Source of the DNA: Rebecca billardiae RCC1528
Taxonomy: Eukaryota > Protista > Haptophyta
Length of the DNA stretch: 64,000 nucleotides
Assembly (NCBI GenBank): GCA_965240325.2
Contig: OZ251234.1
Location: 2,046,001 to 2,110,000 of the forward strand
Direction of reading: 5' to 3'
Position numbers and translations under genes: made by a program. The notes under the pieces are model-generated. The model ran no database searches and was not told the DNA's origin. It saw nothing but the letters and a program-made list of their open reading frames with translations. Position 1 is the stretch's first letter; the number at the start of each line of letters is the position of its first letter. This document shows, piece after piece, positions 1-11,709 of the stretch.

Positions 1-132
1 TCATTATATATATATTCAGCAAAGACTCGCGTCGCAGCGACGGACGCTGCTATAGCTAGCGACGCCGCGCACGGCGCGGGCAGCGGTGAGCGGATGGCGG
101 CAGACCACGTGTATGCACGGCCCCGTGGCAGC

Positions 133-1650
133 CTAGCGTGATGAGGCCCCGCGTCCTGCCAGCAGCTGTGCGCGTAGTTGTGCCACACGGTTGCTGCTGG
201 GCGCTACCGCCGGCACCGTCGCCGACGGCGCAGTATTAGCTCCCGCCCGGTCGGCAGCCTCTTGCCGCGGCGCCACCCCCAGCTCGGTACGAGCCCTTGT
301 CACCGATGGCCTGCACGGCTGCGATCTGTCAGCGGCGGCAGTGCTGCTGGCAGCAGCGGCCGCAGGAACGTCCGGTTCAGCGGCCGCGCGCCCCGGGCTG
401 CCGCCAGGCGCGGCCGAGGCACCGCCGACGTGCGCAGCATGCGATCCGGCCGCAGCGCCGTGCAGCGATGCGGCGGCGTGCGGCGCAGGGTGCGGCCCAG
501 CGCTCGCCCCGCCGACGGAAGAGGCAGGCCGAGGGGCGTGCGGCCTCGGTGCGGCAGCGCGGCGCGCGCTCTGCGTGGGCGTCACGGACGTGCTCCCCTT
601 CGCCTTGCGCCTCGGCGCGGCACCCACCGCGCCGCCAGCACCCACCGCCGCGCCACCGGCACGCCGCTTCGCAGTCGGCCGCAGGCCAAGCCTCAGAGCC
701 CACGAGCGGAGGAGACAGAGCCGGCGCGCGTGGGCGTGCGCGCTCGCGCAGCCGCGCAGCCGCAGCCGAGCCGCTGAGTGGCTGCTTGGCGGCGCAGCCG
801 GTCCGCGCCTGCGCTCGCCCCCGCCCCCGAGCCACTCATGCGGCCTCGGTGCAGCGCTGGGCGGCGCGCAGCTCGCGAGCTCGGGCGCAGGCGCCGATAC
901 CGCCGCTGCCGGCGCGGCGGCGGGGAGCGGCAACGCGGCAGCGTGAGCAGGAGGCGCGGAGACCGGCGTGTTTCCATCCGCCCCAACGGGGGCATCCTCT
1001 GTGTGTTGCTGCCGCGTCGGCTGCTGCCACTGCACCGCCGCGCCACCATCAGCGGCGGCGGTGCCGTCGCCGCCGCCGGCTGTGCGCGGCGCCAGGCCTG
1101 CTGCGGGTGCGGGCCCCGCGGGCACAGCCGGCACAGCCGGCACGAATGCCTCGCCCACGTCCTCATCGCGCGCTGTGGAGAGGAGGGCGGCATCGACCGG
1201 CACGCTGAGGCAAGCGGGGGCGTCTCCCGCGGGCGTCACGGGCAGTGCGGTACTGTCCGCCGCCGCCGCCGTCGCCGCCGCGGGCGCGAGCGTCTGCTCC
1301 ACGCATGCGCACAGCGTGACGAGCCTGCTCACGCACGCGAGCGACACGAGCGCGAACGGCATGAAATACGACTGGGCGAGCAGGTCTTCCACCTCGCAGA
1401 ACGCCGCGCGCATCAGCGCTTGCGCACGCTGCAGAGTCGGGAGCATCAGCTCGATGGCAGCTGTGCCCGCCGCGGTCGCATCAGGCGGAGGCGAAAGCGC
1501 CAGGGCGCGCGAGAGCTGCCGTCGCGCGAGATCGAGCTTGCGGAAGTAGAGCGCAGGGCCATGCTGCCGCTTGGAGCACGAAAGAAGGGCGGTGAAGATG
1601 TCGTGCTCGTGCCGAAGCGCTGCGACGGCTTCGGCGGCGGCCATCATCAT
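133..1650 (-). CDS. RNase MRP subunit Rmp1 / NEPRO-like (DUF4477) protein with a low-complexity C-terminal tail
   Basis: The N-terminal segments LRHEHDIFTALL..SKRQHGPALYFRKL and LLAQSYFMPFALVSLACVSRL resemble the DUF4477/Rmp1 conserved blocks. First ATG is at 1650. The remainder is Ala/Pro-rich. Confidence 0.6.
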   Translation of the reverse strand: MMMAAAEAVAALRHEHDIFTALLSCSKRQHGPALYFRKLDLARRQLSRALALSPPPDATAAGTAAIELMLPTLQRAQALMRAAFCEVEDLLAQSYFMPFALVSLACVSRLVTLCACVEQTLAPAAATAAAADSTALPVTPAGDAPACLSVPVDAALLSTARDEDVGEAFVPAVPAVPAGPAPAAGLAPRTAGGGDGTAAADGGAAVQWQQPTRQQHTEDAPVGADGNTPVSAPPAHAAALPLPAAAPAAAVSAPAPELASCAPPSAAPRPHEWLGGGGERRRGPAAPPSSHSAARLRLRGCASAHAHARRLCLLRSWALRLGLRPTAKRRAGGAAVGAGGAVGAAPRRKAKGSTSVTPTQSARRAAAPRPHAPRPASSVGGASAGPHPAPHAAASLHGAAAGSHAAHVGGASAAPGGSPGRAAAEPDVPAAAAASSTAAADRSQPCRPSVTRARTELGVAPRQEAADRAGANTAPSATVPAVAPSSNRVAQLRAQLLAGRGASSR

Positions 1651-1736
1651 TCTCGCGATGCTTGGGTCCCCCGGACCAATCAGTGACAATCGCAACGTGG
1701 GGAAGCGCTGCCACTGGCCATGCACGATTTGCATGG

Positions 1737-3068
1737 ATGCCGTTCAACGAATCAGAGCACGGCTGGGCGAAGGGCTTGGCCGAAAGCACCCGCGCGGCGT
1801 GCGCCGACGACGCGCGCGACGCGGAGCGGCCGACCCAGGGGCCGACTGCTACCCGGGCGGGCGGCACCCGCCAGTATCGTGCTCCACCGCCTCCATCAGA
1901 GCAGCTCCTCTCCGCTCGTCAACGCTCGATGGCGGCCGTGCTCAACGGCACCGTCGGCGTGTGCTGGGTGTTGGTGTCGTACGCGGCCGAGTGCGGGCTG
2001 TCCGCGGCGAACGCCCAGGAGGCAGCCGCGGCGCGCGCGTTCCACAGGGAGATCGCCCAGGCGCTGGCGTGGAACGTGCTGAAGACAGCGCGTGCCAACC
2101 CGGCGCTGCCGCTGTGCGTGCTCAGCTCGATGCGCCGCGAGGCGGTCGTCGCCGCCCTGCGCAATGTCCCCGGCTTCGATGCACACGCCGACTTTGTGAT
2201 GAGCCGGCTCGTCATGCCCACCATACCCTGCGCGGAGCCACCGGCGACGCCCGCGCGGCGAGGGCTGGCCGACGACCGGCCGCCATGCCCACAGCAGTGC
2301 GCCGCGGCGCACGCATCGCTGCCGAGCCCGCCGCCCGGCGCCAAGAAGAGCCTGCGGCACACCATACTCAACGCGCCCGCGGTGCGGTACTCGCGGCTGA
2401 CGAAGACGCGCGCCAGCGCGCACGTGCCCTTCGACGCGACCCTGATCCTCGACGCGGACGCGGCGCTGTGCCCGGGCGCCACGGAGGCCATCCAGGGCGT
2501 CGCGGACGAGCTGGCGTCGAGGCGCAAGGCGGTGGGTGTGCGCTACCACGGCCGGCCGAGCCGCGCGGCGCAGGCGGACGCGGCGCTCTGCTCCAAGGCG
2601 TGCGCCGCGCCCGCCGCCGCCCGCGGCGTGCGCGCGCGCATGCGCTGCGAGGCGAACTGCTCGGCCGCCGCCATGCTGCCCGTGGCCGCGCACGGCTGCT
2701 GCGCCAACACAGGCGTGATGCTCGTGCGCCGCTCGGACGCGGCGCTCGAGCTCGCGCGCGCGTGGCACCAGCGGTACGTCCGGCAGATTGCAGAGCCGCC
2801 CCGCGAGGTGCGGGCGCTGTACCTGGGCGACCAGCGGGCGTTCTGCACCGCGCCCACGCACGCCGAGCGCGAGCGCATGTGCGCGCACGTGCTCAACCTG
2901 CCGCTGCATCTGCACGCCGGCAAGCACGAGATCGCGCAGCGGCAGCGGCTGCACGGGCGCGCGGTCGCCGTGCACGGCTGCAAGGGGCACCGGCCAAACC
3001 CCATGCACTGCGCCAAGTACGACGCGTGCTGCGCGGGCTCGGCGCAGTCGTGCTCGGCACGAAGATGA
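1737..3068 (+). CDS. Putative nucleotide-diphospho-sugar (GT-A fold) glycosyltransferase
   Basis: Motifs TK..A....PFDATLILDADA (DxD), NTGVMLVR, GDQRAF and a late VHG. The start could be ATG 1737 or ATG 1929. Confidence 0.55.
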   Translation: MPFNESEHGWAKGLAESTRAACADDARDAERPTQGPTATRAGGTRQYRAPPPPSEQLLSARQRSMAAVLNGTVGVCWVLVSYAAECGLSAANAQEAAAARAFHREIAQALAWNVLKTARANPALPLCVLSSMRREAVVAALRNVPGFDAHADFVMSRLVMPTIPCAEPPATPARRGLADDRPPCPQQCAAAHASLPSPPPGAKKSLRHTILNAPAVRYSRLTKTRASAHVPFDATLILDADAALCPGATEAIQGVADELASRRKAVGVRYHGRPSRAAQADAALCSKACAAPAAARGVRARMRCEANCSAAAMLPVAAHGCCANTGVMLVRRSDAALELARAWHQRYVRQIAEPPREVRALYLGDQRAFCTAPTHAERERMCAHVLNLPLHLHAGKHEIAQRQRLHGRAVAVHGCKGHRPNPMHCAKYDACCAGSAQSCSARR

Positions 3069-3806
3069 CTGCGAGCTCGCCCAGTAGGAGCCAGCGGCGC
3101 CAGGGTAGGCCCGGAAGGTGGAGGCAACACGGCACTGCATCTGCATTGCGAGCTTCCTGACACTGACAGCAGGGCTTAGGCCAGCAGACTGCAGTGCTCG
3201 CCGGGGCGCGGAAAGACTTTCCAGCTCTGACAGAGCCCGCGAGCTCATGATCGATTCTATCAGCGGTATGGCGGCGCAGGTCTCCTGATTCGTCGGCGGC
3301 AGTGCTCGATCGTCGACTTGGTGGCAGAGCACCGCCTGCACCGTGATCGAATAGCTTGAGCGCGTCTTGTCTGCTGCAGCGTGACAGCATTTCAATTTTC
3401 ATCGCGTCAGCATTTCATCAGCATTTCAACTTTTCCCGCCCACCGCCTCAGGTTAAAATTCTTGGCGATTGGCGACGCGGCCAACCGCGCTGAGAGCCGC
3501 CCAAACATGACGAGGGAGTGCGCGGCAATTGGGGTATGGAAGCGTTCAGAGTTCGTCATCAGAGTTCAGGCTCGCAATAAGTGAAAGTTCGATGCGATGT
3601 TGTATTTCGCGGCTCCTCGGCCCGGGCCTGGTTGCTCAGGGACCAGAGCAACTGCGCCGCAGCTTGGTGCTGGGGCCCATCCTCACGGCCAGGCCTGGGG
3701 CGGCGTGTCACCCGCAGTGCCGGCGCGTCTGGCGGAGAGCAGCTGCTGAAGAGCCCCCCCCCCCCCCTCCCCCCCCGCCCGCGCCTAGGCCTCCGCCTAG
3801 CGCACC

Positions 3807-4211
3807 ATGTCGGCAGCCTTTGCCGTGCCTCGGCACGGCGGCTCTGAGGGCCTGCACGGCGCGCTCGTGCGCCGGCTGCCCGACTTCTTGCTCTCGTCCA
3901 TCTTCACGGTGGGGACGGCGATGCTGATCAACCGGCTGCTCAACCCGAGCGTGCAGGCGCGGCGCAAGCACGGCACCGACGTCGAGCGGCTGAGGCAGCG
4001 CTTCGGCGTGAGCGCGAGCACGACGTTCAGCCAGCTCGAGCTGCAGATCGCCGAGCAGGTCGTGATCGACCCCGCGCGCATAGAGGTGAAGTTCGAGAGC
4101 ATCGGCGGGCAGACGGAGCTGATCCGCCAGCTGCGCGAGGCGGTGCTGCTGCCGTTGCTACGCCCCGAGCTGCTCGCGCACAGCAAGCTGCTGCAGCCCA
4201 CCAAGGGGATC

Positions 4212-4243
<32 letters not shown>

Positions 4244-4970
4244 GATGCTCGCCAAGGCGGTCGCGAAGGAGGCGGGCTGCGCGTTCCTCAACGTGTCGCC
4301 CTCGACCATGCTCTCCAAGTGGTACGGCGAGTCGCAGAAGCGCGTCGCCGCCATCTGGTCCGTCGCGTACAAGCTCGAGCCCGCCGTCGTGTTTGTGGAC
4401 GAGATCGACTGCATGTTCCGCGAGCGCTCCAAGCAGGACCACGAGGCGACGTCGTCGTTCCAGTCGGAGTGGATGACGCAGTGGGACGGGCTGCTCACGC
4501 GCGAGGCGACGCGCGTGCTCGTGATCGGCACGACCAACCGGCCGCTCGCGCTCGACCCGGCGATCCGCCGCCGGCTCGCGCGCCAGTTCTACGTCGGGCT
4601 GCCGACGCACGAGCAGCGCGTGGGCGTGCTCGGGCTGCTGCTCAAGAGCGAGCACCTCGCGCCCGAGCTCGAGCTCGACGCGATCGCGCAGCTGACGCGC
4701 GGGTACTCGGGCTCGGACCTCAAGGAGCTCTGCCGCGCGGCGGCGATGATCCCCGTGCGCGAGCACCTGCAGAGCGACCCGGCGGCGTTCAGCGCGCCGG
4801 CGTCGCGCGCGAGCGCGCGGCGTGAGAGCGCGCCCGCCGCCGCGCCGCCGCAGCGGCCGGATGGCCTGCGCCCGATGCGGCTCTCGGACTTCCGCTCGGC
4901 GCTCGACCTCGTGCCGCCGACGAGCGTCGACCGGTCGAACATGTTCCACGACGCGGTGATCGACCTGTGA
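3807..4970 (+). CDS. ATAD1: ATAD1/Msp1-like membrane-anchored AAA ATPase
   Basis: N-terminal hydrophobic anchor, FESIGG, Walker A GPPGTGKT, pore loop SKWYGES, Walker B VFVDEID, FQSEWMTQWDGL, SRH TTNRP..LDPAIRRR, GYSGSDLKELC. Confidence 0.9.
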
Positions 4971-5233
4971 GGCAGGCAGAGGCAGGCACTCGCCGACCGC
5001 GGCTACTGAGCGCCCGAGTGTGAGGGGACGTGGGGAGTTCGGGACGGTTGGCGACTATGGCCGACCGCGCGATCAGCCCAATCACTGGGACCGCGGATGC
5101 AGCTGCCCATCTTGCTCCTGACGTGCAGACTGTTACTACTACTACAGGGTAATAGCGCGGTGGTGGCGGAGAAGGACAATGATGCTGTGGCGAATATATG
5201 GGAGCGTGGCCGTGAGCCGCGTGCGGCGTGACC

Positions 5234-5301
5234 AATTCTATGATTTAAAGACACAGGCACGAGGGCGCAGCTCTCCTGAATCCTGATTCGTCTGTCGAAG
5301 T
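5234..5301. repeat. Dispersed ~65-bp repeat, copy 1
   Basis: AATTCTATGATTTAAAGACACAGGCACGAGGGCGCAGCTCTCCTG...ATTCGTCTGTCGAAGT. The reverse complement is at 49393-49453 and a degenerate copy at 49548-49619. Confidence 0.85.
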
Positions 5302-5437
5302 TGACCCGGACCGGAATTCAGCACGTCGTTTTGTATTTATTCGCGACGATTCACAGGCCAAAGCTTGCCTCGCCGAACGGGTTTGCGGATCGGCCGCTTG
5401 ACAAGTTGACAGCTTTCACTCCGCCTTCCTGTTCAGC

Positions 5438-6115
5438 ATGGCCGACGCCGACGGGACGCTGTTGGCACAGGGTGCGGAGGCTCGTCTATTCGCGTCGACG
5501 ATGTTCGGCCGGCCGACCATCGTCAAAGAGCGCTTTGTCAAGGCGTATCGCCACCCCCAAATCGACCAGCGCCTACGCGCATCTCGCATGGCCCAAGAGG
5601 CGCGCATGCTGCTCCGCGCTCGCCAGGCAGGCGTGTGCACGCCTGCAGTGTACTTTGCGGACCCCGTGGCGTGCAAGCTCCACCTTGAGCGCGTGCCAGG
5701 CCCGACGGTCAAGGCGTTCATCAACGACAGCCAGCTGACCGCCGCGGCGCCAGACGGTGCTGGCCTGCGAGTGGAGCACGTTGCGCGGCACATTGGCACG
5801 ACAATCGCTCGGCTGCACGACAGCAACATCATCCACGGCGACCTCACAACCAGCAACATGGTCTTGCGCGAGGCCTCGATTGACGGCTTGGTGATGATCG
5901 ATTTTGGCCTGTCGCAGATCGCCACGAACCCCAAGGAGAAGGCAGTGGACCTATACGTATGTGAGCGAGCATTCCTGTCGACGCATCCCAACTCGGAGCA
6001 GTGGTTTGCCATCCTGCTGGACGCGTACCGCAGCGCGTCCAAGCGGAGCGGGGAGGTGCTTCGGACGCTCGACATGGTCCGGGCGCGGGGCCGCAAGAAG
6101 GTATGCTTCGGATGA
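5438..6115 (+). CDS. BUD32: KEOPS complex kinase Bud32/PRPK (TP53RK)
   Basis: QGAEA, KERFVKAYRHP, HGDLTTSN, IDFGL, EKAVDLYVCERAFLSTH and C-terminal VRARGRKK..G. Confidence 0.95.
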   Translation: MADADGTLLAQGAEARLFASTMFGRPTIVKERFVKAYRHPQIDQRLRASRMAQEARMLLRARQAGVCTPAVYFADPVACKLHLERVPGPTVKAFINDSQLTAAAPDGAGLRVEHVARHIGTTIARLHDSNIIHGDLTTSNMVLREASIDGLVMIDFGLSQIATNPKEKAVDLYVCERAFLSTHPNSEQWFAILLDAYRSASKRSGEVLRTLDMVRARGRKKVCFG

Positions 6116-6823
6116 CCATCACGACGACAGGGCACAGGCATGAGCGCGGTGCTGATGCTGGTGGTCGGGCATCAAGTCTCATCACGCGGCTGAGGCTGTG
6201 AGGCGCACGGTACAGTAGTCCGTTCGACGACGAATCGACGGTCGGTCTCAGCACTCTCACTCTCGGGTTTCTCTAAGGTGTTCTGAGTAACTGCTGACGC
6301 GTCTGACAGTCGACGACTATTATCATCACTGAGGGGCTACGGCTCGTCAGCTCTGAGTCTGGCCGCGGCTCTGTCTCTCAGACTGATTGTACTCATTGTA
6401 GTGACTAGTGACGAGTGTCACTCTCGGACTCTAACTGCGTGACCGACTCACTCAGCCGTAGCCTGCGCTGTCATTATATATATATCAATGATCGTATAGT
6501 CCGCGCAGCATGACGTCTCGGACGACGACCGCAGTACTGACTGTGTCACCACGCCCACCGGCAGTCCGGCACCGCCGCGCGGCCCGGACGGGCACGGGCG
6601 GCACGCCGCACGGCACCCGACGCCGCATCATTGACACTGCTCGGTCGCGGCCGCGGGGACAGTAAGTGCCGCCGACGAAGGCACTGCTCGACCCAACAGT
6701 GTCGACATCGTCAGAGTGATGTCGGACAGCGAGTGAATGGCCCGTCGTGATGATGCGTCCGACGATGATGGTCGTCGTCGTCAGGCTTCGTCGTCGAGAT
6801 CACGTCGGCGTCGCGAATTAGAC

Positions 6824-7438
6824 TTAGAGTGGAATGACTTCGTCTTCGTCCGGGCGCGGTCGAACGTTTCGGCGACCGAGGTTGCCGCCTTGCTGCCCAT
6901 CGCCACCGCCAGCATGATCATCTGGCCGCCTTAAGGGAGGCTGGCCCGTGGTGAGTGTCGGCCGGCCGGACACCACGGACTCAATCGGCATCAGAACTCT
7001 TGCCCCTGCATTGAGCGACCGTGCCAGTCGGCTTTCGAGCCAGCGTGGCGGTGTGCCGGCAACCATCGACATGAAGTCGCCGCCGTTGCGGAATGCCATG
7101 ACCGTGCACCCGACGAGGAATAGGCGGCCGGTCTCTCTCGCGCCCCTGTACTCAAGCGTAGAGTTGACACCATCTGCGAACGGGATGACCTCAAGGAGGA
7201 TCTTGCGCGGCACGAGTACGTCCTCCACCTCCAGCTCGAGCCACCATGTCGACGGTTGCGTGTGAAGATCGGCCATCCACGTCTTGACATCGAGCGTGAT
7301 CTTTGGGCCGCCGGAGGCGGTTGCGTGCCTCGGTTCCCCGACGACACAGCCGACTTGAACGAGCGTTGCGGGCGCTGTTGCACCTCCCGGCGCGAGGACA
7401 GCCTGCGCAGCATCAGCCATGATTGTCACCTGGTCCAT
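6824..7438 (-). CDS. Hypothetical protein
   Basis: ORF from ATG 7438 with globular, non-repetitive composition. No family recognised. Confidence 0.3.
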   Translation of the reverse strand: MDQVTIMADAAQAVLAPGGATAPATLVQVGCVVGEPRHATASGGPKITLDVKTWMADLHTQPSTWWLELEVEDVLVPRKILLEVIPFADGVNSTLEYRGARETGRLFLVGCTVMAFRNGGDFMSMVAGTPPRWLESRLARSLNAGARVLMPIESVVSGRPTLTTGQPPLRRPDDHAGGGDGQQGGNLGRRNVRPRPDEDEVIPL

Positions 7439-8092
7439 CGCACGCAAAGGGCGGCGGAGGTCGAGGCAAGCACAGTAAGTTTGCGCTCGCAGGCGAGGCT
7501 CAGGCTTGGCATGTGATCCGCGCGATGGCGCACGGCGCCATTTGCATCCGCGCGTACGGTTGATGCGCGCGTCCACCAGCAGCGCGTCTCATGCGCTGTC
7601 CGCCTTTGCGCTGTCAGTCACCGGGCGCACCCGGACCGGACTCAGCCGCTCTCCCGCCGCAACGGCTCGGCCCTTGTGAGTGAGACGGGCTCCAACGGCA
7701 AGCAGCCGCGGACACGACGCGCGTGGTTGGGCGCCTGCTAGACTGTAGTAGACAGCACGTACAGTGTGAGCACTATTACCCTCCCACTCCCCAGTCCGGG
7801 TCCCACGCCGCGCGCCGGCGCCTTCGTCGCCGTGCCACGCCCACGGGCCAGTCCCGCAGTCGGGCCACGGCCCTCTCCCACGCGCGCGGGCAGGCAGCCA
7901 CTCAGCGCTGCGCGTCACACCCGCAGGCTCGCGATCCAGGCAGACCATGGGCCCGCCGTCGGCACAGGCGCTCGCGACACATGCTGATGACGATGATGAA
8001 CACTGCATGCCAGGCCCATCCTCCACAGGCTGCGGCCCGCGCGCATGAGCGGGCGCCATGAGCCCGCATCCGTCACACGTGCCGCAGTGCGC

Positions 8093-8833
8093 TCACGTCC
8101 GTGGCGGCTCGTCATCGCCGTAGGAGTAGTACGTGCGCTTCCAAGGCGCGTCGTCGCGCATCGCCAAGACGACGAGGCTCAGCCGCTCCCCGCTCCGCAG
8201 GGGCTCGACGTAGTGATACGCGCCCTCGCCGTGCAGCACGGCGGTGCCGACGACGTGCGTGTGCCGCGCGCACTGGCTGCAGCCCGCGTCAGGCGTGCCA
8301 GGCCGATCCGGAGACGACTCGATGTAGACGAGGTCGCTTCCGCTCCATCCGCCCGCCGAGCCGATGGCGACGTTGACGGTGACGTCCGAGTCATCCACGT
8401 GCGGGCGGAAGACCCGGTCGCCGTCCGTGATGCCTCCGCCCCCGCCGGGCGTGTACTGCAGCACAAACGCCCTCGTGTGCTCGCACAGGCGCGCGCCTGG
8501 ATGGCCAAGGACAGCGACGCCGGCGGGCAGCAGCTCAGCTGCGATCCGCCGAGCGATGCGTGTGGTGACAGGGCAGACCTCCGCCGTCGACGAGTCGATG
8601 GTCAGCCTTCTGAGGTGGTCGGCCGGGCGATTCGCGAGGCAGCTGCGGATCTCGTCCTCCATCGCTGCGCAGGTGGTTGCCGAGAGGACGGGCATCGCGA
8701 AAGCGCGCGAGCCGAGTGGGGAACACATGCGTCGCAGCCTGGCGACGCTGTCGTCACCACGCAGCACGGGCTCGAGCTCCGGCGCAAAATTCGCGTCGTC
8801 AGGCTTGCCTGACGACGCCATCAGCGCCGCCAT
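8093..8833 (-). CDS. 2-oxoglutarate/Fe(II)-dependent dioxygenase (OGFOD2/PLOD C-terminal-like)
   Basis: AFVLQY, the HxD motif [35 protein letters not shown] (distal His and 2OG-binding Arg). Confidence 0.85.
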   Translation of the reverse strand: MAALMASSGKPDDANFAPELEPVLRGDDSVARLRRMCSPLGSRAFAMPVLSATTCAAMEDEIRSCLANRPADHLRRLTIDSSTAEVCPVTTRIARRIAAELLPAGVAVLGHPGARLCEHTRAFVLQYTPGGGGGITDGDRVFRPHVDDSDVTVNVAIGSAGGWSGSDLVYIESSPDRPGTPDAGCSQCARHTHVVGTAVLHGEGAYHYVEPLRSGERLSLVVLAMRDDAPWKRTYYSYGDDEPPRT

Positions 8834-8987
8834 GCTGGAAGGACGGCGACGGATAATGGATACAGTATATCATCGATGAATTTTCGATCGCGCCGTGACA
8901 CGTCTTCTTGAGCACCCCTGCCCGGTGCGGCTGGGTCCCGCCCGGATGTCACGTTGTCACTTGTCAGTTCATCTCGCGCACGCGCGG

Positions 8988-9162
<175 letters not shown>

Positions 9163-9606
9163 TGCATCGAAGCTAATGTCGTGCATGATCAGCATCAGCG
9201 GCACACGCAGTCAGTGACTGAGTCACTGAGACTGTGAGTTGTTCGTCGTCGATCGCAGTTTGGCAAGGTCAACTACTCAGGCGCTCACCCGCACGAGCCA
9301 CGTGCTGCGAGGTCCCACAGGCACAGGCATGCGCAGTGAGGCACGCTCAGTCTCACACAGGCTACGGCGGAGTACGGGCTGAAGTCGCCGCGTCACACTG
9401 GCAATGACGCAGCCAGCCGTCACGTGCGTGTTGCTCAGCACGTGGCGCCATCCTCCGGTGCGACGTGCTCACCGGCCATCTGAGCCGCGCCCTTGCCCTC
9501 GGCCGAGCAGCGGACCGCGGACGCGGGCGTATCCTCGGCGCCTGCGGCACCGGCCGCGCACGCCGCACGGGCGGCGGGTCGAGAGTCAGTCGTCAAGAGG
9601 CAGTCG

Positions 9607-11142
9607 TCAAGAGGCAGTCGTGAGCGAGGACAAGCGCGCGCGGCGCGAGGGCGCGCACAGCAGTGGCACGCGCGCACCTTCGCACGGCTCGCGCGGGCGC
9701 TTGAGCCCGCCGCCGGCACTCGCGGCTGCCCACGCCTGCGGTGGCGCGGTCTCGCCGCGAGCGTTCTCCTTGTCCCCCTTGTCCTGCTGCGTGTCCTGTG
9801 GCCCGCGCGCGGCGGCGGTGTCGGCGCGCGCCGGGGCCGCGGCACCGTGGCCAGCGGGCGCGGGGGGCGCCGGCTCGGGCGCGCGCGCGGGGGAGCTCTG
9901 GCTCGCGGGCGGGCGCGGCCCCTCCGCCGCCGCGCCCTCCGCCGCAGCCAGCGCGCGGCACACGCCGCCGAGCTCGAGCGAGTGCGTGTCGCCGTGCAGC
10001 ACGGCGGGGGCGCCCAGCTCAGGCTGCCACTCGCTCGAGCCGCCAAACAGAAGGAGCGTCGGCTCGGCGGCGGCGGCGTCGGGCGCGCAGCACAGCGCGC
10101 ACGAGGCGCGCGCGGCGGGCGCGCCCCGCGCGGGCACCTTCACCCACTCGCACGCGCGCAGCTCGAGCAGGTGCACGTCGGCGCTGTGCTTGCCCGCGCG
10201 GTCGAGGCCTCCGAACGTGGCCATGAGGGAGGGGCCGAGCGCGCACGCGGAGTGGAAGGAGCGGGGCGCGGGGCACGGGCCGCCGGGGCTGAGCCGCGTC
10301 CACACGACGGTGTGCGTGTCCAGCCGCCACGTCTCGTTCAGCCGGCCCGCCTGCGCCCGCCCGCCGAAGGCGACCAGCGCGGCGCCGCCCTCGAGTGCCA
10401 CCAGTGAGTGCGCCGCGCGCGCGCACGGCGCCGCGCCCGCGGGCTGCTGCTTCGTCATGCGGTGCGTGCGCACGTCGAAGGTGTACAGGTCGTCGTGCCA
10501 GCCCATGTCGAGCGTGGAGCGAGCCGCCGCGCTCGCCGACCCCGCTGCACCGCTGCTGCCCGCCCCCGCGGCCTCGTCGCCCTCGCCCGCCTCCTCCTCC
10601 TCGTCCTCCTCCGCCTCCTCCGCGGCCTTGAGCGGACCGAAGCCGCCGTGCAGCCACACGCGCTCGCCGCTCGACGCGGCGGCCATCTTGTCGCGGGCGG
10701 AGGGGAGGGCCTCTCCCGAGAGCGCCGCGCGCGACCACTTCTTCGCCGCCAGGTCGAGCAGGCACACGTCCGCCAGGTAGCCGCGGTCGTGGCAGAGCCC
10801 AAAGCCGACCACGACCGTACTACCCGCGCGCGCCATGCAGTGGCCCGTGCGCGGGTGCGGCGGGAGGCCCTCGGCCTCGAGCTTCGACCACGTCTTGGAG
10901 CGCGCGTCGAACACGAAGGCGTCGTTCGTCACGCGAGGCTCGCTCGGCTCGCCCGCCAGCCCGCCGAAGACGAGCAGGCGTGAGCCCTCGAGCGCGACGC
11001 CGACGCATTCGCGCGCGCTGGCGAGAGGGGGCTCGGCGCACGGCTCCCACGCGGGGTGGGGCAGGCTGTTCACCGCGACCTGGCGCTCGGTGGGCTTCTC
11101 GTCGACCGACTCGCACGGCTCAGCGCTCTGCTCGTTGCCCAT
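9607..11142 (-). CDS. Kelch-repeat beta-propeller protein with a possible N-myristoylation site
   Basis: Repeated R..H / LLVFGG / W units (PRTGH, RAAHS, PRSFHS). Starts MGNEQS. Confidence 0.85.
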   Translation of the reverse strand: MGNEQSAEPCESVDEKPTERQVAVNSLPHPAWEPCAEPPLASARECVGVALEGSRLLVFGGLAGEPSEPRVTNDAFVFDARSKTWSKLEAEGLPPHPRTGHCMARAGSTVVVGFGLCHDRGYLADVCLLDLAAKKWSRAALSGEALPSARDKMAAASSGERVWLHGGFGPLKAAEEAEEDEEEEAGEGDEAAGAGSSGAAGSASAAARSTLDMGWHDDLYTFDVRTHRMTKQQPAGAAPCARAAHSLVALEGGAALVAFGGRAQAGRLNETWRLDTHTVVWTRLSPGGPCPAPRSFHSACALGPSLMATFGGLDRAGKHSADVHLLELRACEWVKVPARGAPAARASCALCCAPDAAAAEPTLLLFGGSSEWQPELGAPAVLHGDTHSLELGGVCRALAAAEGAAAEGPRPPASQSSPARAPEPAPPAPAGHGAAAPARADTAAARGPQDTQQDKGDKENARGETAPPQAWAAASAGGGLKRPREPCEGARVPLLCAPSRRARLSSLTTAS

Positions 11143-11709
11143 CCGTTCGCGCTGTCGAGGACTGCGGCTGGTGGCGCTCGGCGCGAAGAAGACCGTTGGC
11201 CACGGGCTCAGCCACGCCTTGAGCCATACCCGGCCTGGGCACCGGACGACAACAACCAGGCACTCACCGGACAGCCACAGTCAATAGTCGTATCGTCAAT
11301 TTACTCGTCATACGCGCCTGTGACGCTTGCAGCAGTGCCGTGTGTGACCGGACTCACCGACTGACGCAGCTGTGAGAGTCACGTTGATGTCGAATCATAT
11401 GATGATTATTAAATTTAATGGCGTTGCCCGCGGCCACGGCTCGGCCAGTTCGCCGGGCCCCCGGGAGTCGGACTCTCGGAGGCGGACCGCGGACGGACTC
11501 ACGACGTGACCTGACACGCGCGGCGGCGGACGCGGATGACCGACGAGTCTACGGTCACCGCGCCTGATCACAGACACACTTTGGACGCCACTTCGGTCGC
11601 GATGAATCGCGAATGAGTGGAACAGCTGCGCACGCGCGCTCCCAGCCATGCCGTGAGCCCACGCGTCGGCCGGCGAGGAGCAGCCCGCCGTGCCGCGGCG
11701 CGTGCGCGC

